Positions 21,815 through 31,872 are shown, counted from the first letter of the stretch. The stretch is 64,000 nt of DNA from an uncultured delta proteobacterium (GCA_963806225.1 CAWDXG010000004.1:1504001-1568000), one strand, 5' to 3'. A program made the numbers and translations. Notes: a model not told the origin generated them from the sequence alone.

Positions 21815-23383
21815 CTATTTGATGGGGTACTTCTTCCGCAAGGCGTCGGGAACGGCTTCGGCATCGGCGATCTGCCGGAAAACGTCCACGGAGTGGCGCG
21901 GGACGCGCTTCTTCTGTGGGTCCTTGGGGTCCACGGCGTACAGGCCGAACTTCATGCTCATGCCGTGATTCCACTCGTAGTTGTCCATGAGCGTCCAGTA
22001 GAAGTAGCCGCCCACGTCGGCTCCATCCTGGATGGCCCGGCTGAGCCAGGTCAGGTGGCGCGTCATGTAGCTCGGCGCGATGTTGTCGTTCGGGTCCGCC
22101 GCGCCGTTCTCGGTGATGATCATGGGCAGGTGCAGGTCGTTCTTCACGACCATCGCCATCTCGTAGATGCCCTTGGGGTAGTCCTCGTAGGTCTTCAGCG
22201 TGAACGGGTTGAAGGTCGTCAGCGGCGATAGTTCGGACAGGAACGGCTTCGTCCGCCCGTGCGCGGTGATGCGCGTGTAGTAGTTGACCCCGATGTAATC
22301 CATGCGGTTCGCGAGGTCGTCGCGATGCACGCTGCGACCGTCCATGTTCGCGTCGAGGTCGCCCTTCGCGACGGCGTTCAGGTAGACCATGTTCCAGAGG
22401 TAGAAAGCGTTCTTCGCGCCCTGAACGTCGACGGGATCGTCCGGGTTCGCCGGAGCAATGGGCGCCATCGCGTACACCACGCCTACCCGGGAAGCCTTGC
22501 CGTCGCCGTCGGCATCCACGGTGTCGTTCGCCTTGATCGCGTCGTACATGCGCGCGTGTCCTTCGATCATCGCGACCATCACCGTCTTCGCGTCTGCCGC
22601 GTCGAGCGTCACGGCGGGCGGATTGGAGCGCTGGTCGGTCGGCTCGATGTAGCCGGGCAGCACTACCGCGAACGGCTCGTTCTCCGTCGCCCATAGATCG
22701 ACCTCGCCGCCGAACTCCTTGGCGCAGAAGCCGGCGTACTTGGCGATCTCCGCGACGGTCTTGTCCTTGTCGACCCAGCCGCGCGGCGAGCAGTGCGCCA
22801 GATCCTGGTGGCAGCCGACGCCATCGTGGACCCACGTCGGCAGCGTGTAGTGGTTGAGCGTGACCAGCGGCGTGATGCCGTCGGCCTTCATCACCTTCAG
22901 CATCGCGTGGTAGTGCGCGAGGGCCTTCGGGTCCGCAATCTTCTTCAGCGCGTCGTAGCCGGTGACGCCCCAGGTGGGCTTGGGGAAGATGCGGCTCCAC
23001 TCGAAGCTGAAACGGAAGCCCGAGCCGTGAAGCCCGTTCTTCACCAGGTCGATGTCCTGCTTGTACAGCTCCCACTCGCCGGGCCCGTCGTCGGGCGACT
23101 CGCCGTTCAAGTGCGTCGCCGCGTCGTTCACCGTCACTGGCGACGTGACGAACTGGTACCAGTCGGAGTTCGGGTCGTCGCACTCCGAAGCCGGTAGCGT
23201 GGGGCAGCCCATGTCGACCTGGAAGCCGGCCACCGAAGCGCCGAAGATGAACTTGCCACCGACCGACAGGGAGCCTGCCGGGAACTTCCCGTTGTACGAC
23301 TTCTGCGGGGCGGACGAGGAACCGCATCCAGCAAGCAGGGGCAACGAAAGCAGAGCGGGTGCGAGTCGACGCTGGGACAACAT
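21815..23383 (-). CDS. Glycoside hydrolase family 1 lipoprotein
   Basis: FRFSFEWSRIFP, NEP (acid/base), ITENG (nucleophile) and DNYEW motifs; LAGC lipobox. Confidence 0.92.
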   Translation of the reverse strand: MLSQRRLAPALLSLPLLAGCGSSSAPQKSYNGKFPAGSLSVGGKFIFGASVAGFQVDMGCPTLPASECDDPNSDWYQFVTSPVTVNDAATHLNGESPDDGPGEWELYKQDIDLVKNGLHGSGFRFSFEWSRIFPKPTWGVTGYDALKKIADPKALAHYHAMLKVMKADGITPLVTLNHYTLPTWVHDGVGCHQDLAHCSPRGWVDKDKTVAEIAKYAGFCAKEFGGEVDLWATENEPFAVVLPGYIEPTDQRSNPPAVTLDAADAKTVMVAMIEGHARMYDAIKANDTVDADGDGKASRVGVVYAMAPIAPANPDDPVDVQGAKNAFYLWNMVYLNAVAKGDLDANMDGRSVHRDDLANRMDYIGVNYYTRITAHGRTKPFLSELSPLTTFNPFTLKTYEDYPKGIYEMAMVVKNDLHLPMIITENGAADPNDNIAPSYMTRHLTWLSRAIQDGADVGGYFYWTLMDNYEWNHGMSMKFGLYAVDPKDPQKKRVPRHSVDVFRQIADAEAVPDALRKKYPIK

Positions 23384-23425
23384 GGCGGGTGGATCCTAGC
23401 AGACCCGGCACCACCGAGGGCTGCG

Positions 23426-24430
23426 CTACGCCAGGGCACCACCGCAGCTGGAGCCGGAGCCTGCCGTGCAGCCCAGGCAGTGGCTGTCGGTCAAAATACG
23501 TGCGCGGGCGAGGTCGTCCAGCCTGTCTATGTCGAACACCGTTGCCTCGCCGCGCCCGGCTCCCTCCAAACCCAGATCCAGCATCTGGTTGAAGTCGCAG
23601 TCGTAGAGGCGACCGTCCCAGCCGATGCTGATCTCGGCTCGGCACATCAGACCGGGCACGGTGGCTGGATTGAAGTGCCCGACGAGCAGGCTCATGTACT
23701 CCTCGAACCTGCCGTCGCGCGTCAGCTGGTGCGCGAAGCGATGGATCGGCATGTTCGTGATCGTCAGCAGGTGATCGAACGTGATGCCGTGGTCCGCGCG
23801 GAGTCGCTCGCGATAGTCCGATTCGAGCTTTTCCTGCGGCGGAGGCAGGAACGCCCCTCCCGGGTTGTAGACGAGGTCGAGCCCGAGCGCGCCGCGTCCG
23901 TAGCCGAGCGCGTTCAGTAGGCAGAGAGCGCGCACGCTCTTTTCGTATGCACCGCGCCCGCGCTGCGCGTCCACGTTCTCCATGGTGTAGCAGGGTAGGC
24001 TCGCGACGACGTGCACGCGGAATTCCGCAAGGAACTCCCCGAGGTCTTCCATGCCGTGCTCGAACAGGACCGCCAGGTTGCAGCGATCGATGACCTCGCG
24101 CCCCAGCCGCCGGGCCTCACGGACCATGAACCGGAACGACGGATTGAGCTCCGGCGCACCGCCGGTGAGATCGAGCGTCGTGACTCCGGGGCTCTCCGCG
24201 AGCAGCTCGATGACCCGCTCCGCGACGGGACGCGACATGATCTCGGTGCGCTTCGGGCCCGCGTCCACGTGACAGTGGTGGCACGCGAGGTTGCAGAGCT
24301 TGCCGACGTTGACCTGGAGCGTGCTCACGCGCTCGCGCGAGAGCGGTGGCAGAGCGTGGTCGCGCAGCGCCTGGTCGAACGACGGCGCCGGGCGCGCCAG
24401 CGGCAGGCGACGCGCCGTGTCGGCCGCCAT
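23426..24430 (-). CDS. arsS: ArsS-family radical SAM protein (DUF3641 C-terminus)
   Basis: LQVNVGKLCNLACHHCHVDAGPKRTE (CX3CX2C), YDCDFNQML and C-terminal HCLGCTAGSGSSCGGAL. Confidence 0.9.
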   Translation of the reverse strand: MAADTARRLPLARPAPSFDQALRDHALPPLSRERVSTLQVNVGKLCNLACHHCHVDAGPKRTEIMSRPVAERVIELLAESPGVTTLDLTGGAPELNPSFRFMVREARRLGREVIDRCNLAVLFEHGMEDLGEFLAEFRVHVVASLPCYTMENVDAQRGRGAYEKSVRALCLLNALGYGRGALGLDLVYNPGGAFLPPPQEKLESDYRERLRADHGITFDHLLTITNMPIHRFAHQLTRDGRFEEYMSLLVGHFNPATVPGLMCRAEISIGWDGRLYDCDFNQMLDLGLEGAGRGEATVFDIDRLDDLARARILTDSHCLGCTAGSGSSCGGALA

Positions 24431-24561
24431 CAGCAGCACCCCTCCCCGCTGCACCCGTTCGCGTCCGTGGGGCAGCACAGGCTGGCTTCCTGCGTGCGGG
24501 CAGCGCGCGAATCGCCCGTCCGGACGGCCTGTTCAACGTCGATCGAACTGGGTGCGGTCAT
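24430..24561 (-). pseudogene. 43-aa Cys-rich minigene, probable internal deletion of an ArsM-like methyltransferase
   Basis: Translated by hand: MTAPSSIDVEQAVRTGDSRAARTQEASLCCPTDANGCSGEGCC*. Its TGA overlaps the arsS ATG (TGATG). Confidence 0.6.
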
Positions 24562-24671
24562 GTGGATAGTACGGAGACCGGACGGAAGGGTTTCGAGGGT
24601 TCCTGAGCACTACGACCCGACCGCACGGGCGTTTCGTCCGGATGCGGCAGCGCACCGCGCGCCGGGTTCGC

Positions 24672-24703
24672 TTGACCCTGTACCAAGCTACAGGGTTCAG
24701 AAT
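24672..24703 (+). promoter_or_regulatory. MerR-type promoter/operator with elongated spacer
   Basis: TTGACC, 20-bp spacer, CAGAAT; dyad ACCCTGTA-N6-TACAGGGT (24675-24696); the ATG follows 6 nt after the -10. Confidence 0.85.
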
Positions 24704-24709
24704 AGTCGC

Positions 24710-25144
24710 ATGGACGGGCAGACCCTGAGCATCGGACAGCTCGCGGGCGCCGCGGGCGTGCGCGTCGAAACGGTGCGCTTCTACGAGCGGCAGGGGCTCC
24801 TGCCTGCGCCGCCCAGGAAGCGCTCGGGATACCGGCAGTATCCGCGCGAGGCCGTGGCGCGGGTGCGATTCATCCGGCGCGCCAAGCAGCTCGGCTTCAC
24901 GCTGCGCGAGATCGCCGAGCTGCTCGCGCTGCGCGTCGACCCCGACAAGACATGCGCCGACGTGCGAGCGATGGCGCGCGAGAAGATCGCCGACGTGGAG
25001 GCGAAGCTGCACGAGCTCGAGCGCATCAGGATCGCACTGGAGCGACTGTCCCGACAGTGCCGGGGAAAGGGTCCGACGAGCGAATGCCCGATCCTCGACG
25101 CCATCGAGACGGGCGAGCAGGAGGCCGCGCGTGACGACCGTTGA
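24710..25144 (+). CDS. merR: MerR-family heavy-metal-responsive transcriptional regulator
   Basis: IGQLA..GVRVETVRFYERQGLL, GFTLREI; metal-binding Cys in CADV and CRGKGPTSECP (CX8C). Confidence 0.88.
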   Translation: MDGQTLSIGQLAGAAGVRVETVRFYERQGLLPAPPRKRSGYRQYPREAVARVRFIRRAKQLGFTLREIAELLALRVDPDKTCADVRAMAREKIADVEAKLHELERIRIALERLSRQCRGKGPTSECPILDAIETGEQEAARDDR

Positions 25145-25460
25145 CCTCGTCTACGACGTGGAGTGCCCGAACGTGGCAGCCGCCCGCGCGAACCTGGCGC
25201 GGGCTTTCGCCGATGCGGGCCTGGCGCCGCATTGGCAGGAGCACCGCATCGGCGATCCGGACAACCCCGCCCGCGTACGCGGCTACGGCTCGCCGACGAT
25301 CCTCGTCGATAGCCGCGACGTATCCGGTGATGCCCCCGGGGCCGAAGCGTGCTGCCGTCTCTACGGCGGCAGCGTTCGCGCCCCCACCGTGGAAACGATC
25401 GCCGACGCGCTGCGCGCGGCCGCGCCACGGCAAGCGGTAACCGACCCGCGCTCGAGCTGA
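25131..25460 (+). CDS. Small thioredoxin-like metal-associated protein
   Basis: YDVECPN...GSPTILVD...CCRLY pattern; overlaps the 3' end of merR. Confidence 0.7.
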   Translation: MTTVDLVYDVECPNVAAARANLARAFADAGLAPHWQEHRIGDPDNPARVRGYGSPTILVDSRDVSGDAPGAEACCRLYGGSVRAPTVETIADALRAAAPRQAVTDPRSS

Positions 25461-25461
25461 A

Positions 25462-26139
25462 TCAGGGCGAGAGCAGCCGACGACCCAGCAGGCTGCCGAC
25501 GAGCGCTCCGCCTACGATCGCGGCGCCGTGGCCGATGATGATGTGCAGCGGATCCGTCGACGGGCACGCCATCGTGAGACCGATGGTGCCCGTGAGCCCC
25601 GCCCAGCCGCCGATGATGGCGCCGGTCAGCCGCGGCGTGAACGGATCCGTCCTGCGCCACAGAACGACCAGCACGGCCATCGGAATGGACGCGAGCATCA
25701 TCCCGCGCACCAGGCATGCCGGCGTGCTGACGTGAGCGTCCCCGACGGCCACCGGCGGCAGCGCACCGTACGCGAGCCAGGAGAGCAGCAGGAACGCGAG
25801 CCCGGGAAGCAGTGCGAGCGCGAGACGGGCGCCCACCCCGACGCGTGCACTGCCCGAACGGACCAACGCGATGAACGTCGCGGCCGCAACGAGAAGCAGC
25901 CCGCCAAGCGCCACCACGCTGGACCGCATCGGCTGGGAAGCGATCTGCGTTCCCATCATCACGGCAATGGCCATCAGCGTGGCGCCAGCCGCCGCGACGC
26001 CGTACAGCCAGCGCGAAGGTCCCGAAGGCCCGCGGCGTGGAGCCACGTCCGACGCGATCTGGCTGCGGATGCGCGCCGCCAGATCGGCACGCGGACGCGG
26101 GAGCGGGGGAAACGAGGTGTGGCTTTCGTCGGACATCAT
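25462..26139 (-). CDS. Membrane anti-sigma factor, NrsF/DUF1109-like
   Basis: Multiple TM helices, a conserved C and a C-P...H..GH pattern (MACPSTDPLHIIIGH); coupled to the ECF sigma gene. Confidence 0.75.
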   Translation of the reverse strand: MMSDESHTSFPPLPRPRADLAARIRSQIASDVAPRRGPSGPSRWLYGVAAAGATLMAIAVMMGTQIASQPMRSSVVALGGLLLVAAATFIALVRSGSARVGVGARLALALLPGLAFLLLSWLAYGALPPVAVGDAHVSTPACLVRGMMLASIPMAVLVVLWRRTDPFTPRLTGAIIGGWAGLTGTIGLTMACPSTDPLHIIIGHGAAIVGGALVGSLLGRRLLSP

Positions 26140-26711
26140 GCTGCTGTGCCTCCAGGCCACACGCCGCCGAGCTCCGCGCGGAGCAGCTTGTAGCCACGGT
26201 GGACCCTGAGTTTCATGGCGGTTTCGGACGCCCCTACGACGAGCCCGGCTTGTCGTGCCGTCATGTCCATCTGCTTGGTCAACACGATAGCCTCGCGGTA
26301 CTTGGGCGGGAGCTTGTCGATCGCTGCCCTGAGCCGGCGAGCGACTTCGTCGTCCAGCGGCTCGTCCTCCGGCACGCTGGGCAGCTCGGGCATTTCCGCG
26401 GGCTCCGTCACGACGGTCCGCTTGCGTGTCGGGGATCGGAGCTCGTCGAGCGCTGCGTTCCGGGCAATGGCGAACAGGTACGGCGTCACCCGCGCGCCGC
26501 GGACCCACGCTCCGCGCGCCGTGTGCAGTTTCATGAACACGAGCTGCAGCAGATCCTCTGCCCGGGCCCGCTCCTTGACCATCGAAACCAGGAAGCCGAA
26601 CAACTTCACCTCGAGGCCCGCGTAGAGCTCGTCGAAGGCGGCAAGATCGCCATCGACGTACCGTTCCATGGCCGCATCCAGGCGGCGGGTAGGATCATCC
26701 GCGTCGGTCAT
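26136..26711 (-). CDS. ECF RNA polymerase sigma factor
   Basis: AEDLLQLVFMK, IARNAALDELR, LPPKYREAIVL and KLRVHRG motifs. Confidence 0.92.
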   Translation of the reverse strand: MTDADDPTRRLDAAMERYVDGDLAAFDELYAGLEVKLFGFLVSMVKERARAEDLLQLVFMKLHTARGAWVRGARVTPYLFAIARNAALDELRSPTRKRTVVTEPAEMPELPSVPEDEPLDDEVARRLRAAIDKLPPKYREAIVLTKQMDMTARQAGLVVGASETAMKLRVHRGYKLLRAELGGVWPGGTAA

Positions 26712-26869
26712 GGCGGTGGGGACCGGTTGGGTCGAGCGCGACGCTAGCACCTGGGCGGGGCCTGGGTTCATCGGAGTTCGGAGATGGGCAACACTGCCTG
26801 GGCCCTACGATCCAGCGGCAGGACAGTTTCGCATCGACCGGCTCTGAAACGCGCCACCGGCTATCCAGT

Positions 26870-27424
26870 ATGTACAGCGTGACTTCACGCGAAGTGGCCC
26901 TGGCCGTTGCCGGCGGAGTGCTGCTCGGCAGCGCATTTCTGCTGATCCGGACGGGTCCGCGGTTGACAACCGGCAGCCGGAGCCCCGCGCTCAGCGTCCC
27001 GCTGGTGGCCAATGGCACCGGAAGCGTGAGCCTGACCTCGGCCGGACGCGTGACCGTCGTCGACTTCTTCGCGAGCTGGTGCGGCGTCTGCGCCGCGAGC
27101 GTGCCCAGGCTGGAACGAACCATGACCCGGGACGGGGTGCGCTTCATCGCCGTGAGCGCCGACGACAGCGTCGATGCGGCCCGCGCGGTCGCGGCGCGCT
27201 GGAACCTCGTCGGCCCTGTCGCCTGGGACCGGAACCGCCGCGCCCTGGACGCCTACGGAGTGCGCGCACTGCCGACGCTGATCGTGTCGCGCCCGGACGG
27301 CACCATCGCGGCCACCCATGTCGGCCCGGTGTCGCCGTCGACGCTGAGGGCGGAAGTCGAACGGGCCAGGGCCAGACGCGCGTCTAGCCCAGGGCCAGCC
27401 GCGCGGCGCGCAGCCGACAGATGA
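26870..27424 (+). CDS. TlpA-family thioredoxin-like disulfide oxidoreductase
   Basis: VVDFFASWCGVC and YGVRALPT motifs; N-terminal anchor. Confidence 0.85.
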   Translation: MYSVTSREVALAVAGGVLLGSAFLLIRTGPRLTTGSRSPALSVPLVANGTGSVSLTSAGRVTVVDFFASWCGVCAASVPRLERTMTRDGVRFIAVSADDSVDAARAVAARWNLVGPVAWDRNRRALDAYGVRALPTLIVSRPDGTIAATHVGPVSPSTLRAEVERARARRASSPGPAARRAADR

Positions 27425-27501
27425 TCCCAGCTCTCGCGACACAGGATCGCGCCGGCGCGGGCGAAAGCGGGGGCCCAGCCCGCGCGTGATAGGCTGGAGT
27501 C

Positions 27502-28863
27502 ATGCGGTGGTCGGTATCAGCGGGACTCTTCGCGTTCACGTTCCTCCTGCTTCTGGGATGCAGCAGCGACGGCGGCGGCGCTGGGCCGAACGCGGGCGGC
27601 GCGGCGGGCTCTGCCAGCGGCGGCAGCGCGGGCAGCGGCGGCAGCGCGGGCAGCGGCGGCAGCGCGGGCAGCAGCGGCAGTGCGGGCAGCGGCGGCAATG
27701 CGGGCAGCGGCGGCAGTGCAGGCAGCGGCGGCGGCAGTGCGGGCAGCGGCGGCAGTGCGGGCAGCGGCGGCAGTGCGGGCAGCGGCGGCACCGGTGGGGA
27801 CCCGAACTTCACCGCGGACGGCTGCTTCAAGTGGACGGAGCAACTGTCGCTACAGGCTGCCGTCGATCAGCACAACTGCGTCGAGGTCCAGCCCGGAACC
27901 TACACGCTGACGCAGACGGTGTCCGTCAAGCCCGGTCACACCCTCCGGGGTGTCAGCGCTGCAAAGTCGATTCTGAAGGCCAGCCAGAGCGCTTGGACCT
28001 TCGGCTGCTGCGACTCCATGATCGCAGACACCCTGCCCGCGACGCCGGAGGCCAACCCATTCCACGTGCAGAAGCTCACCCTGGATGGCGCGGGGGTGGC
28101 CACCTACAACATCTGCTGTCGCGGCTACGTGGTCGAAGACTCGATCCTGGAGAATTCGCGCTGCTCCGCCATCGGCGCCGCCGGCAAGGGCGTCACCGCC
28201 ACCAACAACCAGATGCTCTACAGTGCACAGCCCACCAACGTGCCCGGCAAGGGCAGCGTGAGCTGTGCTACCGGCGGCTTCGGTGGCGTCGCCGAAGGGG
28301 CTGCCATCTACTCCGAAGCCAAGGCGGTGAACCTCGGCACCGTGATCGACGGCAACACCATCAAGTACAGCTTCGGTCCCGCGATGGACATCAACGGCGC
28401 CTGGGGCGGCGTGTTCAAGAACAACCAGGTATCGGACAACACCGCGTGGGCGGCCGTCAGCCTGTACGGTGCCAGCAACTGGCGGATCCAGGGCAACACG
28501 ATCAGTCATCCAGCAACCGAGCCGCCCCAGCCCTATCATCCGTACTGCGCTACGGGGCCGAACGGCGGACACTCGGCCGGCATTTTCCTGTGCCAGGACA
28601 CCGACACGAACAACCTCGTCGTCAACGGCAACACCATCACCGGAAACAAGACCAGCAGCTACTACGGCATCCTCAGCGTGGGCGCCGACGAGGTGAAGCC
28701 GTACTGGGCTCCGCGCAACAACACGTTTACGAACAACGACGTGTCCGGCAGCGTCGTGGGCTGCGCCGACGACTTCAAGCCCGGCCAGTGGCTCACGGAT
28801 CAGGACACCTGGACCGGCAACAACTGCGCCGGCTCGCCCAACACCGGGCCGAGCTATTTCTGA
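27502..28863 (+). CDS. Lipoprotein with Gly/Ser linker and right-handed parallel beta-helix domain
   Basis: LLGC lipobox; Asn-rich repeats (IDGNTI, FKNNQV, IQGNTI, VNGNTI, FTNNDV). Confidence 0.75.
   Translation: MRWSVSAGLFAFTFLLLLGCSSDGGGAGPNAGGAAGSASGGSAGSGGSAGSGGSAGSSGSAGSGGNAGSGGSAGSGGGSAGSGGSAGSGGSAGSGGTGGDPNFTADGCFKWTEQLSLQAAVDQHNCVEVQPGTYTLTQTVSVKPGHTLRGVSAAKSILKASQSAWTFGCCDSMIADTLPATPEANPFHVQKLTLDGAGVATYNICCRGYVVEDSILENSRCSAIGAAGKGVTATNNQMLYSAQPTNVPGKGSVSCATGGFGGVAEGAAIYSEAKAVNLGTVIDGNTIKYSFGPAMDINGAWGGVFKNNQVSDNTAWAAVSLYGASNWRIQGNTISHPATEPPQPYHPYCATGPNGGHSAGIFLCQDTDTNNLVVNGNTITGNKTSSYYGILSVGADEVKPYWAPRNNTFTNNDVSGSVVGCADDFKPGQWLTDQDTWTGNNCAGSPNTGPSYF
27615..27790 (+). repeat. Coding tandem repeat (18-bp unit, GSAGSG linker)
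   Basis: Repeated gcgggcagcggcggcag(c/t) units. Confidence 0.85.
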
Positions 28864-29149
28864 AGGGCGCGGTCACGCCGGGTCGGCTTTGGGATCGGAC
28901 GACGCAGCGGGTCAAGATACTGGACTCGCGCCCGGCGGACACGGCGCCGAGGGGACGCTGTTGTCCACCCTGGCACTCGCGTTCGCGCGCGCCCCGCCAC
29001 GATGCGCGCAAGATCACATGACGGGTAGCATCGCCGCCTGTGCGGAAGCGCCAACGGACCCGAGTTGCCCATTGAACCGCCCATCCCGGTCGCCTATTGT
29101 GATGCGAACCGGCCGCCCAGCGACGCTCGCGGCCAGTCTCGGGGACACG

Positions 29150-29821
29150 GTGAACCAGGACTTCCAGGCCCCTGTCGAGGGCGAAATCCTCGCGGGCAAG
29201 TACCGCATCGAGAAGGTTCTCGGTGAGGGTGGCATGGGCGTCGTGGTCGCGGCGCAACACATCCACCTCGACGACAGGGTTGCTATCAAGTTCCTGCTGC
29301 CGGGCGCAAAGTCGAATCCGGAAGTGCTGGCGCGCTTCGCCCGGGAAGCCCGGGCAGCCGTGAAGATCAAGAGCGAGCACGTCGCCCGGGTCTCGGACGT
29401 GGGGACGCTCGAAAACGGCACTCCGTACATGGTGATGGAGTACCTCGAGGGGAGCGACCTGGCGGCCTGGGTGCACGAACGTGGCGCGCTCTCGCTCGAG
29501 CAGGCCACGGAGTTCGTTCTGCAGGCTTGCGAAGCGATCGCCGAAGCGCACACGCTAGGGATCGTCCACCGCGATCTGAAACCCGCGAACCTGTATGTGA
29601 TCCGGCGTCCCGACGGGAAGCTCTCGGTCAAGGTTCTCGACTTCGGGATTTCCAAGGTCACGCGGGCGGCTGCCTCGGGCCCCGACATGAGCCTGACCAA
29701 GACGGCTGCGTTCATGGGCTCGCCGCTGTACATGTCGCCGGAGCAGATGGAGTCCGCGCGCAACGCCGATGTGCGCAGCAACGTCTGGGCGCTCGGCGTT
29801 ATCCTGTACGAACTGGTTGCG
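29150..29821 (+). pseudogene. Truncated serine/threonine kinase, ending after subdomain IX
   Basis: GEGGMGVV, HRDLKPAN, DFG and SPE present; SNVW replaces the usual SD(I/V)W; kinase similarity stops after GVILYELVA. Confidence 0.8.
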
Positions 29822-31872
29822 TTCCGTATCTCGTCGACCGCCTGGTCAACCCGATCATGCTGTGTAGCGATGATCGGGGCTACACGACGCCCGCCAACGG
29901 CCAGCCCTGCGCTGGCCAGTATCCCTACGGTCCGGAGCCGGAGTTCCCGCCGGTCAAGAACCTCCACGTGGGCCTGATCACCTCCAGCCTGGGAGGGCAT
30001 GGCGACGCGACCAATGATTGCAACGACCAGGACCCCGGGTTCAACCCCACCGACAACGATCACGGACACCTGCTGCCGAAGGTCCGCCAGAACCTGTCCA
30101 GCTACACCTTTCTGAACTTCGACGGCACCAACGGTACGACGTTGGCGGCGCAGTTCGCCGACCAGGTGGACGCCGCGGGCGAGCAGGGCTGCGGCTTCGA
30201 GTCGTCGCTGGAGGCCTGGTACCGCTTTCTCGTCGATCCCGCTCCGCCTTTGAACGTCAAGGTCACGAACGGCGTTTCGTCACCGGATGGCGTCGACCAT
30301 GAAGTGCTGACCGAGCGCGCGAGCTTCCTGCGCCCCGACTCGCTGCTCGCGATCGTCATGCTGACCGACGAGAACGACTGCTCCGTCATGGACTCGGGTC
30401 TCGGCTGGGTGGCGCTCCAGCCGAACCACATGCCGAGGGCGACCTCGGCGTGCGCTACGGATCCGAACAGCTCCTGCTGCCGCTCGTGCGCCCTGCAGGA
30501 GAGCTCAGCTCCGTCCGGCTGCCAGCCAATCAACACGGATCCGTCGTGCACCAAGGGCCCGTTCACCGACAAGGAAGACGCGCCGAACCTGCGCTGCTTC
30601 GATCAGAAGAGGCGCTTCGGCGTGGACCTGCTCTACCCGACCCAGCGCTATGTCAATGCGCTCACGCAGCTGGAGATCTGCCCGAACGAGCCAGACCTGA
30701 CCTGCCAGAAGGGCGACACACCGAAGGCCAACCCGATCTATTCGGACCTGAACCAGAGCGGGAAGGTGCCGCGGGATCCCTCGCTGGTGTACCTCGCTGC
30801 GATCACGGGTGTGCCCTGGCAGGACATCGCCACGAACAATACGCTCAAGGTTCCCACAGCACTCGAATTCAAGACGGCCGAACAGCTCAGCACGGATGGC
30901 ATCTGGGACGACATCGTGGGTGACGTGAACAAGCACATTCCGCCGAAGGACCCGCTGATGCAGGAGTCGATCGATCCGCGGAGTGGCTCGAATCCCAGGA
31001 CGGGTGACTCGATTGCGGCGCCGAGCGCCGGCGCGAACGCCAACCCCATCAACGGCCACGAGTACGACGTGTTGGATCGTGACGACCTGCAGTTCGCCTG
31101 CATCTTCCCCTTGGCTACCCCGCAACCGAACAGCCTGGATTGCGCGAATGTCGCCGCGTCGCCGAACAATCCCCTGTGCCAGAACCCGAGCAACGGCCAG
31201 TACGGCACGACGCAGTACTTCGCCAAGGCCTATCCGGGTCTGCGCCAGCTGCAGGTGCTCAAGGACTTTGGAAGCAATTCGATTGTTGCGTCGATCTGCC
31301 CGAAAGTGCTCACGAGCGACCCGGGCGATCCGGCTTTCGAATACAACCCAGCAGTCACCGCCATCGTCAGCCGTTTGAAGGCAGGGTTCAATGCCCCATG
31401 TCTTCCGCAAAGCCTGCCACTCGATTCGAAGACCGGGCGGGTGAGTTGCCAGGTGGTCGAGGCGCTCCCGTCCAGCTCCCCCAAGGCCTACGACTGCAGC
31501 AAGAAGCCGGGCCGCGCGCCACTCACGGGCGCCAGCGGCGTCAAGCTGGAGGCGGCGGTACGCGCGAACCTCCAGCAGTCCTTCGAGTGCGATGGCACAG
31601 GGCAGCCTGCGTGCGCGGACTTCCAGATGTGCCTGATCTCGCAGCTGGACAGCCAGACCGACCTTCACAGCTGCCTCAACGACGCTCCCGTCGCATCGGG
31701 GGTCAACGGCTTCTGCTACATCGACGGGAACTGCGTCGGCAACAAGACGTGCAACGGCGCCTTCATTGCCCACTGCCCCGACAACGAGAAGCAGCAACTG
31801 CGCTTCGTCGGAGGCCTCGTGCAGACCCCGACGCCGGGCGCCAGGGTGTTCATCTCCTGCACGCCGCCCTAG
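29821..31872 (+). pseudogene. N-terminally truncated Cys-rich secreted myxobacterial protein (vWA-like)
   Basis: Begins VPYLVDRLVNP with no start codon or signal peptide; contains LHVGLITSSLG, GCGFESSLEAWYRFL and FLRPDSLLAIVMLTDENDCS. Confidence 0.7.

Noticed and set aside
23426..25460. Selenocysteine in ArsS, the minigene or the small thioredoxin-like protein
   Set aside because: All Cys motifs are encoded by Cys codons; the minigene TGA is explained by translational coupling to arsS.
27615..27790. Non-coding or CRISPR-like short tandem repeat
   Set aside because: It lies in frame within a lipoprotein gene and encodes an ordinary Gly/Ser linker.
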